Shown here in pieces: positions 30,054 to 39,904 of a stretch of 64,000 nucleotides of DNA (position 1 is its first letter; every line of letters begins with the position of its first letter). Source of the DNA: Gammaproteobacteria bacterium (GTDB taxonomy: Bacteria; Pseudomonadota; Gammaproteobacteria; JAJFKG01). Both the position numbers and the translations under genes were made by a program. The stretch is taken from contig OZ220716.1 of assembly GCA_965116795.1 (NCBI GenBank), positions 2,058,503 to 2,122,502 on the forward strand, written 5' to 3'. Under the pieces are notes generated by a model that was not told where the DNA came from, searched no databases, and saw nothing but the letters and a program-made list of their open reading frames with translations.

Positions 30054-31244
30054 ATGCGTGCTTGGAACAAAGCCACTGGTGAGCCGTGGGCGATTACTCA
30101 TGATGCGCTTGCCAATATATTAGATATTGCCGCTAGGCAAAACCAATCACCAGAAGTGGTGGCGGCTAAGTTAGGACGTGAGTTACAGAACACGCGCCAG
30201 ATGACAATTAACAATGGTATTGCGGTGATCCCTATTGTTGGAGCCTTGTTTCGTTACGCTAATGTATTCACTCAAGTCAGTGGTGCCTCTTCCTACGAGT
30301 TAATCGCAACCGATTTCAGAGATGCGTTTGCCGATAAAGATGTGCAGTCCATTGTGCTGAATATTGATTCGCCAGGAGGTGAAGTCAATGGTTGTTGTGA
30401 TTTAGCCCAAACCATTTATGAAGCCAGAGGCAAGAAACCGATTATCGCCTACGCTTCAGGTGATGTGGCATCGGGGGCGTATTGGATAGCCAGTAGCTGC
30501 GACAAGATTGTTGTGTCCAAGACCAGTAGCGTTGGCTCGATTGGTGTTGTCGGTGTGTATCGTGATAACAAAGATGACAATAGCATTGAGATTGTCTCAT
30601 CACAAAGCCCGCATAAACGTGTTGATATCACAACTGACGATGGCCGCGCACGATTGCAACAACGCATTGATGCGATGGCTAACGTATTTATTGAAGCCGT
30701 TGCCACGTATCGCAACATTTCACCTGAATCCGTACAGCAACGCTACGGAAGTGGTGATGTATTTATTGGAGAAGATGCCGTTAAGCATGGCTTGGCTGAT
30801 GACATTGGTACATTCGACAATGTCATTAATCAATACCACCAAACGTTATCTAATCGATTTTATTTACCACAACAGGAGACATCCATTATGACTGAGACAA
30901 CAACGCAAGCAATACCATCAACAGTTGCAACCAATGCACCAAATTCATTAGAAGCAGGTAAGATGGAAGAACGCGCTCGCATCCAAGCTATCTTAACCTG
31001 TAAAGCGGCTGAGCATCGAGAAAAGTTAGCACAACACCTGGCCTTTGCCACCAACATGAAAGTTGAGCTTGCTAAACAAACGTTAGCGTCTGCCCCTACA
31101 TCATCACCCCAAACAAATGATGCCGCCGGTTTTCAAGCGGCAATGAACAAACTTGAAAATCCTGACATTGTGCCAGGCAGTGCATCGGATAGTGAAGAGA
31201 TCGATGAGATTGACACCGTTGTTAAACGCATTGCGAGTTATTAA
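30054..31244 (+). CDS. S49 prohead protease with scaffold C-terminus (lambda gpC/Nu3-like)
   Basis: IDSPGGEV, ASGAYWIAS, GSIGVV; ERARIQAIL scaffold segment. Confidence 0.93.
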   Translation: MRAWNKATGEPWAITHDALANILDIAARQNQSPEVVAAKLGRELQNTRQMTINNGIAVIPIVGALFRYANVFTQVSGASSYELIATDFRDAFADKDVQSIVLNIDSPGGEVNGCCDLAQTIYEARGKKPIIAYASGDVASGAYWIASSCDKIVVSKTSSVGSIGVVGVYRDNKDDNSIEIVSSQSPHKRVDITTDDGRARLQQRIDAMANVFIEAVATYRNISPESVQQRYGSGDVFIGEDAVKHGLADDIGTFDNVINQYHQTLSNRFYLPQQETSIMTETTTQAIPSTVATNAPNSLEAGKMEERARIQAILTCKAAEHREKLAQHLAFATNMKVELAKQTLASAPTSSPQTNDAAGFQAAMNKLENPDIVPGSASDSEEIDEIDTVVKRIASY

Positions 31245-31293
31245 TGGCACTTTGGATAATGGCATTTCTATTGATTAAGAAGAGGAAACCAAC

Positions 31294-31680
31294 ATGAGCG
31301 CACAAGGCTTTACTGACCAGGGTTCAATTACACCCGATAATTTATTTGCAGGGGAATTCCCCAGTGTACAGCGTGTTGAAACCATCGCCGGTGGAACAGT
31401 ACTGGTGCGTGGTAGCGTACTAGGCCGTATCACTTCATCACGGCATTACACATTAAGCCAACACAAAGCTACCGATGGCTCACAAATCCCGGTAGCTATC
31501 TTAGCTGAAGACTGTGATGCGACAACAACGGATGTCAAAGCCGTTGTCTATCATGCGGGCGAGTTCAATGCCAACGCGCTGACTTATGGCGAGGGCCATA
31601 ATGCGACATCCGTTTGGAGCAGTTGGCGCAAAAACGGCAACAATGCACTATTTCTACGTAACAACCAAGGAGGAGCATAA
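31294..31680 (+). CDS. Head decoration protein (gpD-like)
   Basis: GSVLGRIT, DGSQIPVAILA, GEFNANAL. Confidence 0.9.
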   Translation: MSAQGFTDQGSITPDNLFAGEFPSVQRVETIAGGTVLVRGSVLGRITSSRHYTLSQHKATDGSQIPVAILAEDCDATTTDVKAVVYHAGEFNANALTYGEGHNATSVWSSWRKNGNNALFLRNNQGGA

Positions 31681-31682
31681 TC

Positions 31683-32720
31683 ATGGTCGACATTTTTTCT
31701 ACCTTTGTATTAAATCGCACAATTGAATGCTTGGAGCGTTCATCGTCTTTTCTGTTAGACACTTTCTTTACTTCTGTACAGATGGAAGAGAGCGCGGAAA
31801 TCCACTTTGACATTAATGAGTCTAAGCCACGACTAGCCCCATTCGTATCTCCACTGGTGGCCGGTAAAGTGGTCGACGCTCAAGGCTACAGCACCCAAAG
31901 CTTTAGACCGGCGTATGTGAAAGACAAACGCCGCTTTGATGCCAATACCCCATTAAAACGCGTTATTGGTGAAACCATCGGTGGTAGTCTTCCGGCTAAC
32001 CGACGATTAGAAGCGGCGGTAAGCAAAGCATTACGCGACCAATTAGAAAACCTAACTCGTCGTGAAGAAGTGATGGCAGCCGAAGCCTTAACTAAAGGCA
32101 CCGTCACCGTATCTGGCGACAATTACCCAACGCAAGTAGTCAACTTTAAACGTGACCCGAAGCTTACGATTAAACTCTCAGGCAATAATGACAAGTGGAG
32201 CAATCCAGAATCCCCCGCCCTTGACCAGTTAGAGGATTGGGCGAGCTTGATTCAAGAAAAATCCGGTGCAGTCGCTCGTCGTGTTATCCTTGACCCTAAA
32301 GCCTGGCGGTTATTACGCAAGAACAAACAAGTTATCAGTCAACTGGAAATTCGTCGTGGTACTACCATCAACATCGATACTGACCCAATGATACGCGGCC
32401 AAGGTAATGAAAAAGCACGCTATGTTGGCTCTATTGGTGATTTTGATTTTCATGTTTACAATGATGTCTACGTTGATGATGAGAATACCGTACAACATTT
32501 GTTACCTGACCATACCGTATTACTGGTCAGTCAACAGAACTTAGAAGGCACACGGTGTTATGGCATGATACGTGATGAAAAAGCCGACTTTCGAGCAATG
32601 CGTTACTTCAGTAAAAGTTGGATGGAAGAAGACCCGGCCGTCAGATGGTTGTTATTACAATCCGCGCCATTGATTGTGCCCTATCGTCCGAATGCATCAC
32701 TGTGTGCTTTGGTGGCATAA
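31683..32720 (+). CDS. Major capsid protein (lambda gpE family)
   Basis: LAPFVSPLVAGK, FRPAYVKDK, RREEVMAA, LQSAPL. Confidence 0.95.
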   Translation: MVDIFSTFVLNRTIECLERSSSFLLDTFFTSVQMEESAEIHFDINESKPRLAPFVSPLVAGKVVDAQGYSTQSFRPAYVKDKRRFDANTPLKRVIGETIGGSLPANRRLEAAVSKALRDQLENLTRREEVMAAEALTKGTVTVSGDNYPTQVVNFKRDPKLTIKLSGNNDKWSNPESPALDQLEDWASLIQEKSGAVARRVILDPKAWRLLRKNKQVISQLEIRRGTTINIDTDPMIRGQGNEKARYVGSIGDFDFHVYNDVYVDDENTVQHLLPDHTVLLVSQQNLEGTRCYGMIRDEKADFRAMRYFSKSWMEEDPAVRWLLLQSAPLIVPYRPNASLCALVA

Positions 32721-32721
32721 G

Positions 32722-33039
32722 ATGTTACCTGCATTCTTACAAGCCACTGACAGATTGTTTGCGCGCTTAGGGGTGCAAGCCACCTATCATCCACAAGGCA
32801 CAAGCAATAGCATTACTTTGCCAGTCATTTTAAAAATCCCAGACCACATTGTGGATTTCGGCGAAGCCCACTTGCATACGACCACACAAGTGATTGACGT
32901 GAAGTGCAATGATGTTAAAGAACCGAAAATAGGTGACGTGATTACCATTGATAAATCATCTTATCGCATCCAAAGCGAACCAGTACGTGACTTACATGGA
33001 TTAATCTGGAAAATAGACGTGATTAAAGTATGCAATTAA
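32722..33039 (+). CDS. Head-tail joining (FII-like) protein
   Basis: Position after the capsid gene; PKIGDVITID...EPVRD..GLIW; start revised to ATG 32722. Confidence 0.7.
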   Translation: MLPAFLQATDRLFARLGVQATYHPQGTSNSITLPVILKIPDHIVDFGEAHLHTTTQVIDVKCNDVKEPKIGDVITIDKSSYRIQSEPVRDLHGLIWKIDVIKVCN

Positions 33040-33686
33040 AAGCGGCATTGAGTGGTCGTCTTGATGAGCATTTTAAAGCCAACTTAAAAGAAGCAGAGCA
33101 TGCTGTCACGACTGGCATTAAGACAGCAACCAATAACTTAAAGCTGCAAATGCGCAGCCAAGTGATAGCGGCTAACTTAGGTAAACGCTTAGCCAATAGT
33201 TGGCGCGGGGATGTGTACCCTAAACAAAAGACAAGCTTGAATGCAGCAGGTCATGTGTATGCACGTGCGCATAAGATTCTTACCAACTTTGAACAGGGCA
33301 CGCTGATACGAGGACGTAAAGGGTTATGGTTGGCTATTCCAACACCCAATGTGCCTAAACGACTTGGAGGCAAACGCCCCATGCCGGGTGACATTGAACA
33401 TGCCTGGAATGTAAAACTACGCTTTGTGTATCGCGCTAATGGTGCATCACTGTTGGTGTTAGATAACCGTCGTGCATCCTACAGTCGCAAGACTGGTGAA
33501 TTACGGGGTTTTCGTAAAGCCAGTCAATCCGCATTACGTACAGGCCGTGGATTAACCACTGTTGTGATGTTCTGGTTAGTGCCACAGGTGAAAATGCCAA
33601 AGCGATTGCATTTCAAAACAGCAAGTGAACGTCAGCAACGACAACTACCGAAACTGATTGTTGAAAACTGGAATGAACCCAAATGA
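33030..33686 (+). CDS. Neck protein (DUF6441-like)
   Basis: LGKRLANSWRG..YP...SLNAAG, WLAIPT, FWLVPQV; basic protein. Confidence 0.75.
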   Translation: MQLKAALSGRLDEHFKANLKEAEHAVTTGIKTATNNLKLQMRSQVIAANLGKRLANSWRGDVYPKQKTSLNAAGHVYARAHKILTNFEQGTLIRGRKGLWLAIPTPNVPKRLGGKRPMPGDIEHAWNVKLRFVYRANGASLLVLDNRRASYSRKTGELRGFRKASQSALRTGRGLTTVVMFWLVPQVKMPKRLHFKTASERQQRQLPKLIVENWNEPK

Positions 33687-34117
33687 CAAGTACACGCGAG
33701 CTTGCTCTGCAAGCGTTATTTTATACATTGAAAGACGCCTTGCCTGATATCACTGTGCTACGCAATAGTGTGTTAACCACCGCTGTTCCTGACAGTGGCT
33801 TGATAATTGTGCGTGATGGTGAAGTGGGTGAACCTGATATGTTACTGTCACCACCACGTTACATTTATAAACATAAAGCTGAATGTGATGTCATTATTCA
33901 ACATCAAGATGATTTGCTGCGCGAACAGCAGTTCGATGCGTTATTAATAAACGTGGGTGATATACTGCAACAGACAAACACGCTCAACGGTCTCATTGAT
34001 TTATTAACGGTGGGCAGTCCTGAGTTAGTAACGGAGCCGATTGAAGGGGCAGCTACAATGAAAGCAGCAACGGTGCCGGTGATACTCGAATATGTGACGG
34101 ACCATCCTTTGCTGTAA
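33683..34117 (+). CDS. Putative tail terminator protein
   Basis: RDGEVGEPD.LLSP..Y.Y.H...KAATVPVILEY; precedes the tail tube gene. Confidence 0.65.
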   Translation: MTSTRELALQALFYTLKDALPDITVLRNSVLTTAVPDSGLIIVRDGEVGEPDMLLSPPRYIYKHKAECDVIIQHQDDLLREQQFDALLINVGDILQQTNTLNGLIDLLTVGSPELVTEPIEGAATMKAATVPVILEYVTDHPLL

Positions 34118-34132
34118 CAAAAATTGCAAATC

Positions 34133-34205
34133 AAAAAAAACGCGTATCAAACGGTGGGTCTGATACGCGAAGCACAAATATACAAGGAGTTATGCAATTT
34201 GACGA
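34133..34205 (-). ncRNA. Candidate small antisense RNA with anti-Shine-Dalgarno core
   Basis: Minus-strand TATAAT (34211-34216), CATAACTCCTTG core, hairpin 34141-34169 followed by U8. Confidence 0.4.
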
Positions 34206-34380
34206 TGACTATTATAGTCAGTTTTATCCTTGAGCATAGTGGCAGATAAGCCTTATTAGTGTCAGCCGTTAACGCGCTTTTTTGTCTTGCAATTGACGGT
34301 GTCGTTGTCAGCTTGCTTTGCTGCTGAACAATGACTGTCGCAGCAATCCCCTGTTACCGTTACTATTTTAGGAGAAACCT

Positions 34381-35451
34381 ATGGCACGCGCATACGGCTG
34401 GAATGCCAGTCTATTATTTGGTTTTGAACAGGATTACGGTATACCGCCAACTAACGGATACCGCCAAGTCCCCTTTATTTCATCGTCACTCGACTCCGAG
34501 CAAGGCTTGATTGAATCTAATATCTTGGGACTAGGGCGTGACCCTACAGCGCCATTCCAGGATATTATCAACGTTGATGGCGATATCGTTATTCCAGCGG
34601 AGCTTCGCAGTATCGGTTTGTGGTTGACGGGATTATTAGGCGAGCCAGAAACCACAAACAGTAAGAAAGCTTATCAACATACATTTGCTTCTGGCAAAAC
34701 ACGTTTGCCTAGCATCAGCTTAGAAATTGGTTTACCCGACGTGCCTGATTACCCGCTGTATACGGGTGCACGGGTTAACTCGATGGCGTTTAATTTTGAG
34801 CGCAGCGGTGAAGCACAAGTGACGGTAAACTTGTTAGGGCAAGGTGAAACGGCCAGCCATACAACACGTGATCCAGAGTCATCACAATTTTCCTATACGC
34901 GGTTCTCGCAATTCCAAGGTTCGATTAAACATGCTGGGGAATTTCTAGCAGATGTCACCTCAGCCGCAATGACCTACAGCAACAACTTTGAGAAAATCCA
35001 AACGATACGCGATGATGGTAAGGTTGATGGCATTGATCCAGGGATTGCAGCACTCTCAGGTAATATCTCCGTGCGTTACAGTAATTCAAAGTTGATGGAC
35101 TTGGCGCGCGAAGGTAATCCCATTGATATTGAATTGGCTTATACCATTGATGAGCACCGTAAATTAGTATTAACCGCACACTCAGTGTATTTACCCAAAG
35201 CCAAACGCAGTATTAATGGTGCCGGTGGTATTGAAGCGGCATACGATTTTCAAGGGGCCAAATCTGAGAAGTTTAACCGGATGTTAACGGTGACACTGAT
35301 GAATGATATCAGTGGTTATCACTTACAAGCATTACCACCCAAACCACCCAAAACATTGCCACCGAAAAAACCACCGCAAGAGACCGAGCAACAACAGGAG
35401 GAACCTAACGATGCTGAAACTGTCACTCTCTACAAACCCCCACTGGATTGA
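34381..35451 (+). CDS. Tail tube (major tail) protein
   Basis: MARAYGWNA, LGLGRDP, GGIEAAYDFQGA; Pro/Lys-rich C-terminal extension. Confidence 0.85.
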   Translation: MARAYGWNASLLFGFEQDYGIPPTNGYRQVPFISSSLDSEQGLIESNILGLGRDPTAPFQDIINVDGDIVIPAELRSIGLWLTGLLGEPETTNSKKAYQHTFASGKTRLPSISLEIGLPDVPDYPLYTGARVNSMAFNFERSGEAQVTVNLLGQGETASHTTRDPESSQFSYTRFSQFQGSIKHAGEFLADVTSAAMTYSNNFEKIQTIRDDGKVDGIDPGIAALSGNISVRYSNSKLMDLAREGNPIDIELAYTIDEHRKLVLTAHSVYLPKAKRSINGAGGIEAAYDFQGAKSEKFNRMLTVTLMNDISGYHLQALPPKPPKTLPPKKPPQETEQQQEEPNDAETVTLYKPPLD

Positions 35452-35977
35452 TTTAGGCATGCAGGTGCGCGTTAAAGTACGCCCGTGCAATAGTGCTATC
35501 TTTTATCAAGCCAAAGCCTTTATGCAACATCGTTTGCAACAAATAGGTGAAGATTACCGCATTCAAAAAGACAGTGGCGCTGACATGAGCCACTTACCTA
35601 ACGTAGAAGATGAAACTACCCGTGAAGCTTTAGCTGAGCAGTACCTAACACTCGGTTTAGCCTTGGTGGGTATCATCGAATGGGAAGGCGTACTGGATAA
35701 TGATGATAAAGAGGAAGATGTGATTGCTCCTGTTACTGAAAATAACATCACGCAGTTATTTGAAAACTACTGGGTGATTGCTGAAACGTTCCGTCAACAA
35801 TACACCGGTATGCGAGAGTTGTTAGAATCTGAAAAAAACGAATCACGACTCGCTTGCAATGGCACTGCAACGGCGGGTCGGAGTATTGCGCCAACTGTGC
35901 CAGACAACAGCTCCCCTGCGCACAAGGACAAGCCAGCGAAAACGGGGAAAAGTGCCCATACCTCGAAAATACATTAA
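35411..35977 (+). CDS. Tail assembly chaperone (gpG-like)
   Basis: AGGAGG RBS before ATG 35411; IIEWEGVLD; EKN slippery site. Confidence 0.75.
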   Translation: MLKLSLSTNPHWIDLGMQVRVKVRPCNSAIFYQAKAFMQHRLQQIGEDYRIQKDSGADMSHLPNVEDETTREALAEQYLTLGLALVGIIEWEGVLDNDDKEEDVIAPVTENNITQLFENYWVIAETFRQQYTGMRELLESEKNESRLACNGTATAGRSIAPTVPDNSSPAHKDKPAKTGKSAHTSKIH

Positions 35978-36177
35978 AGACGATAGAAGGTTGGCAAGCC
36001 TGGGATGTGGCTAACAAAGTGTTAACCCAATGTCAGGAGTGCTTCCCGTTAGATATAGCATTGCAGTTGAGTGAAAGCTTAGGTTACCATCAAGCTGCGA
36101 TGGCAGAACTGTTGCCATCGGCGGCCATCGGTATCGCACTTGCTCTCAAAGACATGCAGAAAAAATCGACTGATTAG
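35839..36177 (+). CDS. -1 frameshift extension of the tail chaperone (gpGT-like)
   Basis: A AAA AAC at 35833-35839; the -1 frame is open (RITTRLQWHCNGGSEYCANC...EGWQAWD) and lacks its own RBS. Confidence 0.75.
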   Translation, partial: RITTRLQWHCNGGSEYCANCARQQLPCAQGQASENGEKCPYLENTLKTIEGWQAWDVANKVLTQCQECFPLDIALQLSESLGYHQAAMAELLPSAAIGIALALKDMQKKSTD

Positions 36178-36314
36178 CAATAATAACCAGCATCAGAGAC
36201 AGTAGTTAATCGTATTGATGGTATTGGTGTGATCAATACTGCCATTTTGCCTGTAGATAGCTTAAAATGTTTTTTAATATTCAAACGGTCGACAGTGTGT
36301 AAGGAACATTTCAA

Positions 36315-36701
36315 ATGAAGAAACTCATTTACATCGTGTTAATGATCACAATGATTTCGGCGTGTTCAGATCACACACAAACCACTGTTGATGATACGTT
36401 GCCAGAGTATGATGTTATTCCTTATTGTCTTAAATTTTCCAGCCAGTTCAAAAAATACGATATCGAGGGCGTATTTAGTGCTTCTGATAGTACATTTACT
36501 GATTGCCTTAAAGAGGAAAAAACCAATTATGAATGGCTAAAATCTCATTGGGATTTGCTTTCTTCAAAAGCTAAGACATTTTGTAAACAAGCAGCCGGCG
36601 ATCCCGATGAAGATTATAATGTTTTAAAAGTTTGCGCACAAGCCGTTACATGTAAAGAAGATAATGACAACCTAGATATTTGCATCGAGCAAAAAAACTA
36701 A
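36315..36701 (+). CDS. Cys-rich lipoprotein moron
   Basis: MKK + hydrophobic stretch + lipobox ISAC; six further Cys; AT-rich. Confidence 0.75.
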   Translation: MKKLIYIVLMITMISACSDHTQTTVDDTLPEYDVIPYCLKFSSQFKKYDIEGVFSASDSTFTDCLKEEKTNYEWLKSHWDLLSSKAKTFCKQAAGDPDEDYNVLKVCAQAVTCKEDNDNLDICIEQKN

Positions 36702-36833
36702 AAGTCATTCTAGGCTGTTAATTTCTTATTTTCATGCCTAAATTAGGCAATCCTAAAATCCATATTCAAACCAAATTTATCACTAATGCTACACAGCTTA
36801 GGAAATATTTATGTTTAACGTAAGGGATACCCT

Positions 36834-39719
36834 ATGAGTAACTCTGCCAACAGCAAAAATTTGTCAATTCGATTAGCTGCCACAGGTGGCGATCAGGTGC
36901 GCCGAGAGTTTGACAAGCTTGGCACACGTGGTCAGCGTGCATTTGATAACATCAAAGAAGCGACAAAGCCTGCATCTAAAGAGATCAAAGCTGTTGATAT
37001 TGCCGCAAAGTCCTTGAATCGTACTCTCAAACAAGCGGCAGGCTTGCTGGGAGCTTACACCGGTATTCGTGGCCTCACTCGTTCCTTTGGTTTTTTAGTG
37101 TCAACCAATCGAGAGTTTGAACGCTTACATGCAAGCTTGAAAACGGTCACTGGCTCTTTAAAAGGGGCCGATGATGCTTTTGCGATGATTGAAGACTTTG
37201 CTTCAAAGACGCCGTTTAGTGTGGAGCAGTTAACAGAAGCTTTCATCAAGTTAAAAGCATTGGGTCTTGACCCGTCAGCTGATGCACTACGTTCTTACGG
37301 CAATACGGCTTCTGCGATGGGTAAGGACTTATTGTTATTTGTCGATGCAGTAGCTAATGCGACCACCGGCCGCTTCATGAACTTAAAGTCCTTCGGTATT
37401 AATGCGGAAGTGCAAGGAGATAAGGTTGCTTTTACCTTTAACAAGGTTACCACGGTTGTTAAAAAAAATGTCACTGCCATTGAAGGGTACTTGCGCAGTA
37501 TTGGTAAGACCCAGTTTGCCGGTGCCATGGCAGCACAAATGGATATCTTAGAAGGAATTTTTAGTAACATTAAAGATAATGTCTCTCACATTGCACGCGA
37601 AATTGGTAAGGGTGGATTTACCAAAGCTATCCACGATATCGGTGTCAGTGTGAGAGATGCAACAACGGGTGTCGATGATGCCGCTCATGCTATTGGCGAA
37701 ACACTGGGTAATGCGATTCGCATGAGCGCGAATGCATTTGGATTTTTATTCCAGTATGCAAGCTTAGCCGCTACAGGGTTAGAGTACCTGTTAGTGGCTC
37801 GCACCGTAGCTAAAGCTGTTGCCTTATTAAGAGCGGCTGTTGTTGGTCATGCGGGTTTGGCGGCAGGGTTGCGGTTATTAACCGGTCTATCAGCAGGCGC
37901 AGCGGCTAAGGTGGTTGTGCTCGCAGGGACTACCAAATTAGCAACGGTTGCTACGCTTGGCTTTAAACACGCGCTGGGATTTGTGGGTGGCCCAGTGGGT
38001 TTAGCTGCAATGGCAGGGTTGGCACTGTATAAACTAGCCGAGGGTCATGAAGCAGCCACTGTTGCGGCTAAACGACATACTACTGAGCTTAGTAAGCTGA
38101 TGGAGACAGTAAAAAAAGCAGCTAATGGGACTGGGCAACCGATGTTGGTCAATGAAGCTATCGCGCGTCTGACTGAAGAATTGAACACATCGAAAAAAGA
38201 AGCCGCCAAGCTGATGCAAGAAATTCGTTCTGTTTACCCTGGCAGTTTCTTAGGCCATGTCAAAGAGTTATTTCATTTTGACTTAATGAAAGATTTAGAA
38301 CAAGTCCGTCACGCCTTTCAGACGCGTAAAAATGATATGGACAAACATTACAAAGCCATATGGGATTTGACGTCAACACATCCAGAATTTACCAAGCAAG
38401 CTAAAGAAGCTAGCGGACAGATAGAAGCTTATAAAAAACTGCAGTCGAACATCAAAAAAATCGAATCTGAAATAGTTGAACTACAAAACGGCAAACTTAA
38501 CACGAACCCAAGCAAACAGGACTTGAAACAAGTTATCCCTGCGTTAGACGAAAAACAAATCCAACACATCAAAGAAACGATTCAATCATTACAAGCACAG
38601 ACGGCTGCCATGCAACGATTAGTTGTTGCACGCAAACAAGGAAGCGACGCGGTACAGCGCGCCTTGATATTAAACGAGCAAGAAAATACATTAGCCAAGC
38701 TTGGCATTGATGCCAGCCAACAACAAACTGAAGCAGCATCCAAGCTCATCAAACAGACTAAAGATTTAATTCAACAAAAATACAACTTACAACAAGCGGA
38801 CAAAGAGGCCATTGAAGCGGCGAAACGTCATGCGCAAACAGTACAAACTATCACACGTGCGTTGAATGCAACTAAATCTGAAAGTGAGCAAGCCCGCATT
38901 GAAGCCGATACCTGGCGTCAGAGTGCATTAGCGGGATTAGATAGCACGCGTCAAGGCTATGCTACCTTTGCCAGTGACATTGAAACTGTTTACCAGAACA
39001 TGTTAAAGCAAGCGCGTGAGAAAGATTTAGCGAGCTCCAAACATTGGCAAGATGGCGTAACTCGTGGACTTCGCGATGTGGTGGATGAAGCCAATGACAT
39101 GGCATCGCAAGTGGAAAATGCAGTCACCAATGCCTTTTCTAACATGGAGGATGCACTGGTTGAGTTTGTCACCAAAGGTAAACTGGATTTTAAATCACTG
39201 ACGGACTCTATCATTTCCGATATTCTTCACATTCAAATCAAACAAAACATTACTGCGCCCTTAGCGAGTGCATTAGGCTCAATTAACTTTAGTGGTTTAT
39301 TTGGCACGGCGCATAGCGGTGGCGTCATTGGTCATGATGCGTTAGCAAAACGTGCCGTCAATTCATCTGTATTTGATGGCGCCCCAAAATTCCATGGGGG
39401 CGGTGTTGTTGGTAATGAAGTGCCAATTATTGCTAAAAAAGGTGAGACCGTGTTTACACCAGGACAAATGCAATTGTTAGGAGCAGGCTTAGCCGCGCGT
39501 AATGCACCGGTTAGTGTCAACGTGACAGTTCATAATAATGTTTCTGGCGTGCAAGCCAAAACCCATACGTCTAAAACACCTGATGGCAATGTGCAACTGG
39601 ATATTATTGTTGAACATGTTGAACAAAAGCTCGCGCGCAATATCACGCGTGGTGATGGTTTGGCACCGGTGATGGAACGACGTTACGGTTTGAATCCAGC
39701 CAATGGCAGTTATCGGTAA
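36834..39719 (+). CDS. Tail tape measure protein
   Basis: FASKTPFSVEQLTEAF tape-measure domain; Ala-rich helices; lambda-like C-terminus MEDALVEFVTKGKLDFKSL, FHGGG. Confidence 0.95.
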   Translation: MSNSANSKNLSIRLAATGGDQVRREFDKLGTRGQRAFDNIKEATKPASKEIKAVDIAAKSLNRTLKQAAGLLGAYTGIRGLTRSFGFLVSTNREFERLHASLKTVTGSLKGADDAFAMIEDFASKTPFSVEQLTEAFIKLKALGLDPSADALRSYGNTASAMGKDLLLFVDAVANATTGRFMNLKSFGINAEVQGDKVAFTFNKVTTVVKKNVTAIEGYLRSIGKTQFAGAMAAQMDILEGIFSNIKDNVSHIAREIGKGGFTKAIHDIGVSVRDATTGVDDAAHAIGETLGNAIRMSANAFGFLFQYASLAATGLEYLLVARTVAKAVALLRAAVVGHAGLAAGLRLLTGLSAGAAAKVVVLAGTTKLATVATLGFKHALGFVGGPVGLAAMAGLALYKLAEGHEAATVAAKRHTTELSKLMETVKKAANGTGQPMLVNEAIARLTEELNTSKKEAAKLMQEIRSVYPGSFLGHVKELFHFDLMKDLEQVRHAFQTRKNDMDKHYKAIWDLTSTHPEFTKQAKEASGQIEAYKKLQSNIKKIESEIVELQNGKLNTNPSKQDLKQVIPALDEKQIQHIKETIQSLQAQTAAMQRLVVARKQGSDAVQRALILNEQENTLAKLGIDASQQQTEAASKLIKQTKDLIQQKYNLQQADKEAIEAAKRHAQTVQTITRALNATKSESEQARIEADTWRQSALAGLDSTRQGYATFASDIETVYQNMLKQAREKDLASSKHWQDGVTRGLRDVVDEANDMASQVENAVTNAFSNMEDALVEFVTKGKLDFKSLTDSIISDILHIQIKQNITAPLASALGSINFSGLFGTAHSGGVIGHDALAKRAVNSSVFDGAPKFHGGGVVGNEVPIIAKKGETVFTPGQMQLLGAGLAARNAPVSVNVTVHNNVSGVQAKTHTSKTPDGNVQLDIIVEHVEQKLARNITRGDGLAPVMERRYGLNPANGSYR

Positions 39720-39904
39720 AAGATAAACAGAAAAAAGCCAGTTGCGCCATAATTTACTATTCAATCAAATTGCAATAGTGCCGCAATATTAGGAACGATT
39801 TAGCAAAAAATGTTTTTCAATTTCATGTGGTTGATAATAAAGTGGGCATCGCGCTGAAGGAACATATAAGATAGCTGATGGGACATAAAGTTAACTTGTC
39901 TCAG

